From: Trichoplax adhaerens
Taxonomy: Eukaryota > Animalia > Placozoa
NCBI RefSeq assembly: GCF_000150275.1
Contig: NW_002060946.1
Location: 1,879,454-1,943,453 of the forward strand
Direction: 5' to 3'
DNA length: 64,000 bases
Shown here piece after piece: positions 1-14,790 of this stretch. Position 1 is the stretch's first letter. The number at the start of each line of letters is the position of its first letter. The position numbers were made by a program, and so were the translations under genes. The notes below the pieces were generated by a model, which ran no database searches, was not told the DNA's origin, and worked only from the letters and a program-made list of their open reading frames with translations.

Positions 1-3000
1 GAATTTTGCCTCATGATAAAAACCTTAATATTTATGAGTTCAAAAATAGCTAACATTGTAAAAGATTAAAATTTATATTAATGATGTACATTTAACTTGT
101 GTTCATTTTTATATCAAATTTTAACATAGTCTGATGTTTCAGAAGCAATTGATGTCTTTAAGCTATTACATCAATAAGATCAAAATTGATAAAATTACAA
201 TTATGAACTTCATACGCATCCATAAAAGACTTTTTCAGTCTCTAAAGATAAACATCTTGTTAACTAGATTTTAATCTTTACTGCAGAATAATAGTAAATA
301 TAAGTTACTGGTATTTTTTAGATAATCTTGAAAAGATTTTGTGAAGTTCTTATCCGTAAAGTTTTTCTATATTTTTACTAATGAATGACCCCGGTGTAAC
401 TTTTTTGGATATATTAGTCAGAATTATCTGCTGTGTATTTGTTACCTAGGTACTTAAGTGTGGAATCATGGCATAACTTACTAACAGATAAAGTTAGACA
501 TCAGCCTGTAAGAATTTGATATTTCATGCTACAATAAATACTTTATGGGCGGGTTACACAATAAAAAAATTTAATTTTATAATTGTTTTTTTATTCGTAA
601 AACACTTAGCATCCAGATTATTGTCTGATATTAAATTTTGCTTTACATAATGTTACGTAAAATTGAGACAGTCTCTTCAATGCTGAAGAAATTATTTAAA
701 CTTTAGGTTAATACCAAACATAGCATATATTGTAAGAAGGTATAAAAATGAGCAAAATAAGCAATCATTATCATGAAGGGAAATGGAGGTAAAAAGTAAA
801 ATAATGAATGATAAAATTATACAAAATTATATACCTTATAGTTTTACAGTATTGCAATTAAAATTTGGTTTATGAAAATCATTTCATAAAAAGGCAATAA
901 AAGACTGCAAAATTATGATATCTTAGAAATTTGATCTAGATGATTGCGTCATACATTATGATATGAGCCTAGCTGTCAGTCTAAAGCTTGACATTGATAA
1001 TGTAAATAAAATATGAAATAATACAGTCACGTTATTAATACAAACAGTGACTTGATATCCGCCATTTAAATTAAATTTAATACAAGCAATTGGGCAGCTT
1101 TTTCACATAGCTTGGTCACTGATCACTAGATGTCATCGAAATAATATTGTTCGACAATTGGAGGTGGAACAAGAAGATATATTTTAAAGCCTACAATAGA
1201 GATTGTAACGTTCTAAGAACAAGGTAAAAGTATAAACTATTATAAATATTAGAAAATATATTGTTTAGTACATTACCTTTAATTTAGCATGATAGCAATA
1301 CAGATGGAACATAAGACTATCACACTAGGCAGTTAAACAAAGCTTAATAATACAACATTGTTTGGTTTGTAATCATTAATTGTTTAACGAAAGATATGTT
1401 GTATGATCAACGGTAATTTATCTTCGATATCTAAATTTTTGCAGATTCATTCTAAGATAATATAGAGCATGGTATATTTATCAAGGAATACAATAACCTA
1501 ACTCCTTTAAAAGCATTATTTATATAGAATAATCTGCTTTCCATCGAAGTACAGAGCACAAATTCTTTGCAACTCTAGCATAGAGAAAAGTAGCATATGA
1601 TGAAATGTCAAGATCATTTAAAATCAACAGTATTCAAGTATTGAAAATGAGTAGTTAAATAAATAAGTTATGTCAATAACTTTTTTTGACAGAATTAAAT
1701 TAGGGTAGATTAGGCTGAATTATACAACATTTAGTCTCTCGACGTTGATCACGCAAACCTTTCGTATAAATAATACATTGAAGCGACGCAGTGGTAATTA
1801 AAATTTGATTAAATAGTCACGATTTTTTAAGAAAATTCATTAACAACTCATTATGAATATGATATCGTAATTACAAAAGTGCGAACATGAATAATATTCA
1901 GAATTAATTCTTATTTTAAATATTGTCTCTAATGTTTGTAGCCCATTTTTTAGTTAAAATTTTTAAACAAAGACAAAGCCATCGCAAGTGAATAGAATAA
2001 AAAATTTTTGATAGAATTTCAATAAGAAGGTGGCGCAAGATGAAAAGAGAATTGTAATAGAAATCAATCTTATTTCTGAAAATCGATCATGTCAAAACAT
2101 GACTCATCGCTAGACAATGAAAATTTTGATCAATTCAGTTGTTTTATCGAATAGTGCAGCAAGTAGCTGATGTGGAATAATAATCATTACTAACAGTAAA
2201 TGTACTAAATTAACTCTTATTCTACCTTCTAGCGATCATATGAATCAATTTTATTACTGTATATAATTATCCAAATTTAACGTAGGACAAGGAGATCAAA
2301 TTGTAATCAACTGAAATTCCTTACCAAAATATTCGATTAGCGTGCTCAGGGCTGCATTACTCTTATCTTCAGCGTGGAAATTAAATGAAATTTCAATAAT
2401 TGGAAGAAAAAATTGATTTGATTAATAAATTCGTATTGTCTAATATAACCATTTAATTCCGTTATTATTGTCAAAAGGGCTAAATATCCTATGACTGTAG
2501 ATTAGTATGCAAGATGCATTTTATACATTCAATTTGGCGTCATTTACCTTCTCATTTTTTCGCGTTTTATACAGTATCGTAGCATGCTCTTAACGATTAA
2601 TTATAGACAAATTCAAAGACTGTAATTCTAATCAATTATAGAGTACGGTAGTTAATTCTGATAATAACTCGAATAGAAAATGATTGCACAGTAACGAATG
2701 TATATAATCGAATTGATCCTATAATTGCTATCAATACATTATTATATCTGTACATGTTTTAACACTTAACACAACCTATTACAAATACATTTCAGTTTAT
2801 TTATCTTCGATTGAAAATAATTAATAACATTGGAATTGTGGAAACAATTAGACAGTCGAATCAAGAGAATTCTTTCTGCAAATTTGAAACTATCTAACAT
2901 CGATAGATATACAGTACCCGTATACGCAGATAAATAGTACAATAGGAAGATATATCTTACATTTAGTCTTTATGCAGACATAACATATGTAAGTATAATT

Positions 3001-6000
3001 CAGAAGAAATACCTCTCTTCTATTGTATCGATGTTGATCATATCATAAGATGATGAAAACACCTTGATCAATTGTCGACATTATGTCTAGCCATCATTTA
3101 TCCTATCAAAAGTCTTAATTTTTTTTCTCATGTTATTCTTCATTGTTGTTAATGACTCATATTCTTTCCATGATAATCAAAACAAAAAATCTATTGCCAT
3201 TACATCACCTTCATTGTTAACCTTGACCGTAAAAGCCAACAACTTTTAGAATTTATTCTTCACGAAGCGTTCTTAAACTGCATTAACTAATGTATCTAGC
3301 ATTTGCGTAAAACGATGGTCATATACACGAAATTTTATTTTAACCCCAGTTGCAGATTGAACTGACTCTTATACTTTTTTTCCTAACTTTCAATTTCATA
3401 CCCTTGAAACAATACTAAAAAAAGAAATAATTATTGGTTTGTTAGTACGGCGTGTAGTCATAAATAACTTAATACTTGAACCATAAATCGTCGCTAAAGC
3501 ACGCTATTTACCCAGTATATTTCACTTTTGTGAACAAATACACATTATTAAAACCAATCCTACAATAAAGCTGCTCAAAGAAGATATGGTCGGAGGCGTA
3601 CGATTTAGCTAACAGGTAAGGAAGCTAATCATAAATCTAGTCCATAATTGAAGAATTTTAACTGCATTAATAATTTTTATCATTTTATCTTATTAATCAT
3701 CGGAAAGATTACGTTGGGGCTGTGCCCCACCAGTTCCATCTTCTAGTTATAAACGTGTTTAATACGCGTAACATCAAATGGAAAAGTACGGTATACCACT
3801 GCTAACCGTCAGACTTAAAATAATTCAATAGCCATCGTCAATATAAACGGTTAAATTTGAAAACACTCCAAAAGTCAGCGTTAATAAAAATCTCCACGAT
3901 ATAAAACTCTTTAAGCGTTAGTCCTGCCACGCGTACGAACAAAGCATTAAAATCGAAAGTAAACCAAGCATAAATCTAATAACGCTTTTACTACCGAAGT
4001 TAACAATCCTTTCACTAGCTTAAATCCATCATTACGGTAACCATAAAGATTCTATAACGCCCACCATATTCGTATAATCTTTACGGAAGCTATCGTACTA
4101 CAATTTGAGATTCGGTTAATATATAAATGAAATGTTCTTCATCATCATAATAGGTAAAAATGATGTTGTAAAAACGGGAATAGGTACCTTCATTTCACTT
4201 AGTAAACACGTTTTAAGTCCGAGTGCCACGGATGTGGATTTAGCTATCATGAATAAACTATGCAATTATTTTTTATAGAAATAATCGTGTGATTACTGCG
4301 TTAGTTTGTTGGATCTTCAAATAATGTAATTATAATTCTAGCATCATCCGTATAATATGGCAGACTTACTTCTTTTCGAATCTAGAATAAAACCTAAATC
4401 TAATTGTGCGTAGGTGTTAGCTAGTTAGTACATATGTTATTCTAGTTGTGTAATTATCCGAGATTATCCACAGTTTATCCATCAGCATATGAAATATCAA
4501 CAACGATATTCCATCAACTAATGTATTTTATACGAGATAATTCGCGATTGACGAGCATAAAAGAGTGATAGCGGTAAGATGCTAATACTATACTCCACTT
4601 TATTCATTTTACCAGAGCTATAAAATCAATACTACATCATATGAGATAGCATTAAGATGTTGATAATTGAAGAAATATTAATCACCTAGTGTCTTCTAAA
4701 TCATCTGAAAGTTAAAACTCGCTTCGTCTTTACTATACTGTCTCTACTTCTCGTAAGTCTCTAAATAAAAGGATACACTGATATTCACGATCAACGCTGA
4801 TTTCGCCTACAGCTCTATTAATTGCTAGGTTTGAAGTGGCATTTCTAACATATTCTGTGAGGCTGCATCATTTGTAGATCGACATCATAACCTAACATAA
4901 TTACTTTGATCGCTTAACCCTAGAAGTAACGCTTGTTTACTTCTACCCCAGTTCTTAAATTACGAATGAATTTTAAAGTATATGAAGACGTACTATTAAC
5001 GTTGATTTATTATTAACGCTGCTGTTTTCCTGATTTGAGGAGTTTCTTTGTTGATACTGCAGTTCTACTTTTTCGATATAAGATAAAATTTAGCAAAATA
5101 CAGAGGTAACCGCCGTAGATAGTAAACCTTGCATTGGTCAGTCATTGTATAACTAACTTACTCCACATAGACATTTTAACATGCAGTCAGGCATTATACG
5201 ATTATGTACAAGTATTATTAGGGACTCTTGTGGTGTGATAACTCCCCATTCGATATCGAAATCACTTAAACAAAACTTTCACTTCGAAGTGATTGAATTT
5301 CTCTCTTACGAGATAATTTTAGCTGCTGATAATGAATAAGATACTAGCATATGTGCACGAAGGATTTTCACGAATTAAATACTATCACGGCTACGGAATA
5401 TGCATCATATCGAGAAATCCATATCAGTGTTTACTGTAAAGAATATCTGAAAATTGAGATAGCTGTACATAGCCGCAAAAACCATTGGAAATTAATAAAT
5501 GAGACAAGCACCTTGATGAAAGAGAAATTATAATATCTCACCTTACTTACCGTATAGCAAGTTTAATTGGCCATAAGAGATCATACTGATCCACTGATCA
5601 GTTTTTTCGGTGCTGAGTGGTGAATATTACATATAGGAGTACCCTTCATTCTTCCATAGGAAAGTATTTATAACACTATACACAAAAGTAGAATTTAAAA
5701 TTCTCTATGGAGCGATAGTCTTCCCTGACATACTTATAATACTATCAGACATTAGTCAGGGGATATACAGTACTGTTACCAGTTATTCATCCTGTTATAG
5801 GAGCTAAAACATATCTCAGGATTGAAATTTTATAGCAACGATCTTAAAAACAATTATCGGCAGCCTGTATTACTCCCCGTATAGAAGAATGCGTACTTAG
5901 CTAGATTGAAATTTGTTCCTTTACTCTATAAATGTTGCTACTGTTGTGTAATCCCATATACATATCATATCCTGTACATTGTAGCATACAATTAATAGAG

Positions 6001-7143
6001 ATTTTATTTTCTAATGGACTATAATAATGTCCATAACTTAAAGCTTGCACCTTTACATTATTACGTCACTAATTTACCGCTACGTATATCCTTCCTTCAA
6101 ATTGATTGACTACTATTCGTTTACGCAGGTAATCTTTCACAATAAATATATCTAGCTTAGAATATAAATTTTTAAGATTATCTAGCAATACCTAAGTGGC
6201 CAGTATGTGATATATCTTCCTGTAATAAATTGCGTAGTTAATATGTTGAAATTTGAATAATATAGAGTACGTAAACGCATTTAGTATTCAATTTATTACT
6301 TGTATCATATTAGTTGACCAAAAGTTATAGGGGTCTATAGAATTCTACCTTCTATAATAAGGAACAACTACTAATACAAGCCTTGGTGTAGATTTATGAC
6401 AACTAAGGCTAGCGTAGCTATTAAAATGTAACTTCTACAGCAGTATTGATGCACATTACTTATTATAATTGTAGAACTTTTGACAATATTCATCGATAAG
6501 TTTTATGGTTGCTCACTGTTCTTAGCTTATATCATTTAATCATTGCGTCCCACAAATCATCTCAAAGAAGTTACAATATATACAGATTGACTATTCATAT
6601 ATCACCGGAATAGCTCGTAACTTATTATAAAAACTGAGGTAATGGGAAAACTTTCCTTAAGAGGAGAAGTAAGACCGGAGATCTAAAAATTACTTATAGC
6701 ACTTATATTCCTGCAATGATACAAAACAGTAAGTACCTAACCTGTGTCCTCTCTCGCTTAATGTACAGTGTATCACTATAATATGATTTTTGTTTTATTA
6801 ACTTGGTCCAACGATTTGCGTTCGCAAATTATTTCATTATTTACGAACAACTTTTACAAGCAGTACTTTTGAATTTCAGAATATTTTAGGATATTTCTTG
6901 CCGTTCATTTGCAGGAAGTACTAATTAATTAAACAGCATTTAAAATTCTTTATCCTGTAATCTGCAAATCTTTGACACTTTTTACTGTACCGTCATATTG
7001 AAAATAGTGGATACTAAGACAAGTCGTCTCACATTGATATTGAAGGCTTTCAATGTTTATCTGATAACATATTATGCATTGAATATTAACTTGAGCACAT
7101 GAGGATGCTTGCTCTTCTGACTTATCTGGAAAGTAATATGCAG

Positions 7144-7292
7144 ACTTGCGACATAGATCTTTCAATACGTTAGACACTGTACAAGCACTAACATCTACAT
7201 TGATGGAAAGTGATCCACCTATAAGATTTTCACGCTGCCGAGTCTTACATGCTGATGAATTTACCACAAAATACTTGCAGCATTGGAAGTAA
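7144..7292 (+). pseudogene. Possible divergent BH3-like relic or exon (MESDPPIRFSRCRVLHADEFTTKYLQHWK*)
   Basis: Shares LHADEFxxxY exactly with gene B on the same strand. ATG at 7203 and a possible acceptor (tgcag) at 7143. The conserved BH3 Leu is replaced by Arg. Confidence 0.25.
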
Positions 7293-10200
7293 AACTTTAA
7301 TGGGTGCAATATACGTACTTTTCTTCAGTATAAATCATATATTATTACATAATATATATTAATAGATAAACGTACGAGAATTAGCGAGATCGTTATTCAT
7401 AATCGCGAGCATTGACTACTTCAATCTAAGTAAAATGTCTTTGACGTATACGATTTTAGATATTGCTTCATTTACGATGGACCATGTTAAGTAGGAAATG
7501 TTGTACATAGCGGAACGTAAATTCTGTTATTTTCCATCTAGGACTCTAAGCCTATTTATAATTAAAATGATCCAATCAGATACAGTGTCTAGTATATAGA
7601 GGAATATATACCAGCATAGCAAATGATGTGCTTGTATTTGCATCGTAAAGTGCAAGAGTGAAAACATGTACTGGTTCAAGAAAAAGTTAAAATTTTCATA
7701 AGGAGGCAATCTGACTATGGCTAAATTAGTATATCAGGGGCTTTAAAAAATCCACAGTATCCTTGGATATCGCATTGTCGGCATGAGGATATCGTATATA
7801 CTAGCTTGTGACCATTTCTTAAAATAATGTACCTTAAGACTCTGACCGTACAAAACTTTTCTAAAATACAATATCTACATGCGGCATAGACACAGGTTAC
7901 TTTAATCAAAATCTTATTTGTGAGCAGCGCAGTTACTTTAAGTACGGTCTTTGATATCATTTACTACAGTAATAAAGCACATTAAAGCAGCCATAATCGG
8001 TACCTATACGTAATTATCAACTTGTTCCTTGGTGGTTAACAAAATTACCGAACGAAGGTCGCTTTACAGAGTAATAACTACCGCAACTGCAAGAATTTAA
8101 TTACTGTGCAGTCATAATTACATGATGTTGTCTTTCCTATTTTTAGACACTCGAATGCGACATCTTGTAAATTAGTATATGGCTAATGTTAAAATATTTC
8201 TCACGATCTGTCCAAAATCCATCCAAAATGTCGGTATCAAAAGACACATCAATAGTACTGTATACGTATGGTAATGCACTGAATAAATGATAGACAGGTT
8301 ATTTTCCCTTTTGCAGCACAGACCAAAAAGTTTTATAAATTAATGCAACTATACGGTCTAGAAGTCCATGGACATTAAATTATCACTACAGATAATTGCA
8401 TAACTTCCTAATCGACATCTATAGGTCTATAGAATCTTTCATCAGTCGTCTTTTACCACCCGCCAAACACAATTGAGCGTAAACCAACACACTGGATTTT
8501 CGCGATCATAAAGCTAACTACTGCTTATTAATCAAGTTGTCAATTTTGTTATTACTGTACAAAATAATGCAGTATAAATTACACTATACTTGAACGGGTA
8601 TTCATACTTTTTACGCTATTAAGTTAAGTAGAAAGCCCCTTACATCGCTCGCCTAAAAACCTCAGGAAGTTATCATACTATTGTATATGGTCAATGTAGT
8701 CCCCGCCTTTTTAGTTCTTTCAATTTCTATCCGGCCCTAATGGGAGGGGTATGGTTAAAATTCGTTGAAATTGAAATTTCCGCTGTCAGTTTGGTTGACG
8801 TAATGATTGATTTAAAAAAATACAAAATGCGTAATCGTACAAGTATATTAATAATCATGAAGAAAACTTGCGATGACTAGATCTCAGTCAAAGTTGCTAT
8901 CAACATTGGCAAATAAATACGAGTATGGGCGACGCTAATGGCTATTGCACCGCATCTTATAGTATCCAATAATTGAATTCTTGGTCAGTCAATATATCTT
9001 AGGCAAATTCGTTATACTCAATTTAAGCAGAGATATTCTGTACGTGCGTGTATCCACTCAGTTTAATACAGTAAAAAGCAACATAACGAAAATAGAAATT
9101 ACTCCTTTATAAGCTATTGAATCACTAGATCACTGTATCTAAGTCAAAAAATTTCAACCAATACGTACAGTAAGGAAGTCATTCAGCTCTGCCATGTACA
9201 GTATTAAGCTTTACATCGTTTTAAGGGAGCTATTGAAATAAAAGATTGAAGTTTATTTTGATTCAGATTGAAAGGTCTCTTGTGTAGATAAATATTAGCT
9301 GTTTAAAATTTCAATTATAAGGCTAAATTACAGGAATTCTTCATTGCCAGCCATCATCACCCTAATGTTATTTTAATTTTGCCCGGTTAATTTATTAATG
9401 ATGATGTAATGGTTAAATTACTCAACGTTTCCTGAAATACTTTTGTTTACAAATATTGTAAGATTACAGAGTGCTATAGCTGTATAATTTTGCATACAGA
9501 TATCTGAGCAAACTCATGCTTTGGCGAATCGTCATAATAAAATTATATTAAATTACTCACAAATCCAATTTAGGGTATTACATTGGCTATCAGTAGTGCG
9601 GTTACAGCAATGGATGCCCGTAAATTATGAAATTTTCATGAGACCTTATATAATATATACAGATTATCTTAAGGACTAGTCCAAATCCGTGCATCTCAAA
9701 TAGCTTTAGAAATGTTTTACCATTTGCTACCGATTAGTCATTTACCGGTCATCACTATTACATTAATTCTGTGCTATGTGCTTCTTTCGGCTGTATTGAA
9801 ATCTTTTTCCAATGCATATTGAATTGATTTTCTAGTTCTTACTCTATCTGCTGCGTATTATTCAGCACCTAAAAAGCTGAAGACTGGCAGTTGACTATGA
9901 GAGCCATCTCGTTGGACTGGATTACCATTTTACCGCCCATCAAGAATACTTTTAATATAAAAGTTAGGAAAATAGTGTAGATTGTAATACTATGATTAGC
10001 GCAATAGTCCTAGATTTGAATCATCCATCGTATCTAGCAAAGAAATCCGTTTAGTAAAGCCCGGCTCATGTCATTTAGCCGACAACACAAATGTGACATA
10101 CTGCCATCGGCAAAGTCAATATCAGCAGGCTTTGATCATAATCAAATTCATTGTACAATATATTGAGCATATCCATAAAATGATAGCAAAGGTATCCTGC

Positions 10201-11581
10201 GTTTACACAGCATCGATTCGAAAATAAGCCAATAAACTATTGTATGATACAATACAGGGCCGCTTCCTGACACACTTCCGCAATACTCTATAGGGCCACA
10301 CTAGCGACTGTAAATAAATCTGCAATGGTCCATAATATATAATAGGTGGCCAAATCAATCTTTGCTCAAATTATTAGTTCTAAGTCTTTTTTGTATGCTA
10401 GTACTTCGCTATTGTTTCATGCATGTATTTACTAAATCTGCTTTTTTGAAATTTCGTTTCTATCTTTCGTGACAAGTAAAAGAGTCACAAAGTAACGGAG
10501 AAGAAATGTCAATCAATTGAAGAAATAGGGTGCAATCTTGTGTTAAAGTTGTATTTCACGATGAAAATGACAATCGTTATCAAAGGAAATAATCAGCCAC
10601 TACTATTAGACTTGTCACTATCTTGGAGATTCGTTAAAATGATCCAATTACAGTTTATAATCTACGATCTACTTAAGGTCCCCTTGCCTCGCGGGAAAAT
10701 GAATCGTGATCGTATCATAAAAGATGACTGCCGCAATCATATTATTGACTCTTTCAGTGCTAATTTTCTTGGTTACCCTGCCAACTGTCGTAGATTGATA
10801 GCCAATTATCATACAGTACTGAAATAAACATGTCAAGTAGATCTGTTAACACCCTACCCAATGTTTCTCGTCTTAATTAATTATTATTCAATAGAACGAA
10901 GGTCACTATTGATCACCAAGTTCAAATTTATTACTGTAAATTTAATTTTAATTATTTTTGTGTTTTTATTCTCTCCATCTGTTATCCTTCATCATTTTCT
11001 TTCATTGTTATACTTTAGCTACGGTAAAAGCAGAAAGATAATAATTGTTTATTATCTAGTGTCCTACCAGTCGTCATCGTCAAATGTTAGTCGATAGTAA
11101 TTCATCTATTGCAAAGGTAAATATCCGAAATATTGTCGTTAATGTAAGCAAATTACGAAGCCCTTGCAATGTTTTCCCATTTCGTAGATGTTGATATACT
11201 AATTCACTACTGTCATATGTATTAAAATACTTGTATCTGGTAAAATAACATCAAATATCAACATAATGCATCCTTCTGTATTCAATAGATAAGCCACCGT
11301 CCAAAGATAAATTCTCATATATACTTACAAGGTGCGGTTTATTGAGTCAAATTTATGCCCCCCAAAATACCTGTCATCCATTTTTATCGCCAGCTAGCAA
11401 CGCTAAATTCAATATCTTCGTCGATCTGCATCTTGCACCCATGTTGCTAGATGAAAAGCATCGAGGGTTAAATTAACACGGTATACGTTCATAGCTTGTA
11501 TCGTATACCGTTTCAAGCTTTACTGCGAAAGAGTAAGAAAGTTATCAACGTTCAATTCACAATATTAACAATACTTTGACT

Positions 11582-11836
11582 ATGCAAGGGGCAAATATTC
11601 ATCTACATTTTCATCATGGTTTTAATGATGACTGTTACGGTAGCGAAGATGATGATTATCAGGTTAATAGATGGAATGAAATTGGTCAAAATTTACAACA
11701 ACTAGCTGATCAATTTGATTTGCAGACAAGGAAAAATTCTTCTTCTTGCTGGAGTAAAAGAATAGTTCGGATGGTTTTACTTCTTGGGATTACCTTAATA
11801 ATATTTGTCTTGGCTTGGATCTACGCCTTTCATTGA
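11582..11836 (+). CDS. Candidate BH3-only protein A (84 aa) with C-terminal transmembrane anchor
   Basis: ATG at 11582 (the ORF-track TTG start is two codons upstream). Acidic N-terminus, BH3-like motif IGQNLQQLADQF at 11681-11716 (compare BMF IARKLQCIADQF), then basic residues and a hydrophobic tail VLLLGITLIIFVLAWIYAFH. GTAAGT donor at 11872, 35 nt after the stop. Confidence 0.75.
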   Translation: MQGANIHLHFHHGFNDDCYGSEDDDYQVNRWNEIGQNLQQLADQFDLQTRKNSSSCWSKRIVRMVLLLGITLIIFVLAWIYAFH

Positions 11837-14663
11837 GGATTAATGATTCACTATAGTTGCGATTGACTATGGTAAGTCGAGCATCCAGTAATCTGCACTT
11901 AAATAGCAAACTAGCATAGTACCTCTATGTTACACTAGAACAAAATTGATGCCATCATTAATTATCAGTATTTCTTTACCCATTCAAGAAGATAATATAT
12001 TGTAAAAATGAATTTTATAGTTTAAATTAAATGTGATACCAAAACATTTTAATGCAGTCAAGTTTTATAGTTTTCGTCCTCATCAACACATTTATTTGAT
12101 GAGTTATAATCCGCGTTTAAATCAAACTAATTAACGAAATTATTAAAACTTTTGCATTCGTAGACCATTCTTATATCATGATCACAGCCTGTATAAAAAG
12201 AGAAAAATAATACCGCCTACGCTACGTGTTCTTCTCCTTACAAATTGTAATTGTTACCGCGATATTGCTTGGGTTGTTTAGTTACGTTAACAAAAGATGG
12301 CTACTAAATTACAGTATACGCCTATGCGAATTAAAGTACTGTAACACTTTTCCAAAAGATAGGAAAATTTCAGCTCCGCATAGATGTTATAGTCTCTCAC
12401 TTCGCATAATTTAGTATCTACAATAATAAATCTACTTATCATCAAGTTATACACCGTAAATTGGATTACTCTATGGTAAATTAATACTAGCAAATCGATC
12501 AAATACATGCGAATCTGTCGATAATAATAATGTTGCAATTGAAATTTCTCGGCATATCATAATGAAATCAAGTTAATCCTTCCTATTTTTTTCTGTATCA
12601 TCAAAGGACTGAATCACTTCCATGGATTTCATTTGATACCAATAGAATTACCGATATTAAGGTACCGAATTTCAGTGAAACTCGCTGACAAAAGCATTTT
12701 AACTGGATACGTCATTTCGACAACTTCAAGCGGTTACTGTATGAAGATCTAATTACTAAGAAGTTTGTAGAAACAAACATATTGCTGCTATATTGTAAAT
12801 GAACTATAACAATATGCAACCAATACTTATCGGTATTGATCGCGTAGCTGCAAGATCCCCTACTGTATTGATTGCTTAAAAGCGTGTTAAAATAGCATAA
12901 ATTAAGTAACTGATTGCTGCAGTATTTTATTATACTGTATATACACGAGATGCTTTAAAGAAAAGGCGCCGGTTCGATATCAAGCAACAAGTTTGGTGTC
13001 AAATTGAGTAGGCTTACAGGCAGGGCAGCTTGGAAAACATTTGTTATGAGGCGGTGCGAATTGTAAGATATGAATAGCATGATGTCATGCATAAAAAGAG
13101 GCTTTTTCTCGCATTTTAAGACTAGAGTTAGTACAAAACTGCCTGTTCATAGAGTACCTTTTTACAGGAAATCAGTAATACTAAATCGTATATTGATTTT
13201 GTTGATAGAAGTGCTGCTACATTTACAAAAACTGATCATAAACTACAAGGAACTGTCTAACTATTTTTACTTCGTTCTAATTCCTGACATACTCATAGAT
13301 TCTAAATAATAATTGATTTAATGCTTGGAGCTGTTAGAGTATGATATATCATTACAGATTGATACAGTTTACGTATTTTATGACAACATCAGAGGATAAC
13401 TACGTATCTCGATTAATGTTGTCACTCGTTTTAAACAAAGAAATATCTATGCGTGCACATTCATAGTACTATTTTAATTTTTAATCTACTATGAAGTAAA
13501 GCCTTGCGATCTTAAAGGATAGCACGGTCTTGACTTTTTTTGTGCTTCTTTGCTAGTTAGATGTCAGTACCTTTGTTGGCTCAAGTGAACAGTAGCCAAT
13601 CGAATAGTTAGGCAATTACTTTTGCCTATGCACTCAAGTACTTTAGTACTGGTACGTAATATTGATGCGCTTTCCGCTGAACATAGCTAAATTTGAATAT
13701 GTTATAATAATTTAAGCTACATGTATTATCATAAATCATAAATTGTAAAGTTACATTGCTTTTGTATAAGATTACAGGATAAACACTTATGTTATGGTAT
13801 TAAATTTTTATTATCCGAATAACAATAAAAATTTAAGAAAATTTTCTATATACATAACTCATTTGCGAAATTGTAAGTTGTAATATATGACATAGCTAGC
13901 CTATTTATCCAAAATATATCTAATCCTATACCTTATGTTGCATGCCTAAAATCATTTATTGATGTACCATACCGTATATGTTTTTGCGATTTTTATTTAC
14001 TTATGGCTTTATGAGCTATGACTCACCGAAGTGCGCCATTATGTAAAACTCGCATGACTGCAACTCTTTGGCAATCAAACTTCTCCTGGATTCCCTTCAA
14101 GTACACTAGTATTGATAACGTACAGTATCTGAATATTATGCCGAGTCATCTTGCATATTCTTAACTGATGTAATGTAGGTTAAAACTTACTGGTACCATT
14201 ATGAAAGTTCATATAAAACATTAAGGGTTCTAAGTTAATGATTTGAAGCATAATTAACTATTTCTAACGTATACCGCAACAGTACAAACAGTATAGTGCT
14301 AAAAACAGAATGAATTTATATGCATCTACAGTACACCGTATCAAAAGAGATTCTATTTTCACGCACTGTTAGTAGACATTTGTTGTATAAATTTGAGTGT
14401 GGATATTTATGAAATTGCACATTAGGATGCAGTGTTACCACCAGCGATGACTGTCTACTGGCAATCCATAATATTTACAACTATACAAAGAATGCTATCG
14501 GGCTTACTCCTATAAAATGTAACATATCTACCATAACATACAGGAATGATATTTAGTTGACAGCGAACTCTACAGTACTTCAATATAGATTTGTCACCTT
14601 ATGCTAATGTCAGGTAGAAATAAGCTGGCACTAAGATAGACGGTAATATAATTACATATTTAA

Positions 14664-14790
14664 TAAGGCTTTGGTATAGGTGAAGAACTGACAACTATCG
14701 CAGACCAAAATTTTTAATACTAGAACGTACAAGACATTCATTCTTACTTATTGATACTTTATATCATCAATACATCGATATACTAAAATT
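14664..14790 (+). pseudogene. Possible decayed BH3-only paralog
   Basis: 14676-14717 reads IGEELTTIADQNF*, bracketed by stops and with no ATG. Downstream gatactttatatcatcaatacatcg loosely resembles the 3' end of gene B (gtacttcacatcaccggcaattatcatcg). Confidence 0.35.

Noticed and set aside
3564-3608. AAQRRYGRRRTI* resembling BAD AAQRYGRELRR
   Set aside because: It has no LxxxxD core and stops immediately.
6950-7309. 119-aa minus-strand ORF
   Set aside because: TTG start, no recognisable motif and no partner exons.
8905-8940. IGK*IR.MGDA BH3-like string
   Set aside because: It requires reading through a stop plus a frameshift; too weak.
12976-13077. DIKQQVWCQIE* resembling gene B EIDEQVWPDIG
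   Set aside because: It rests on an 11-nt match and no LxxxxD core follows, so it is compatible with chance.
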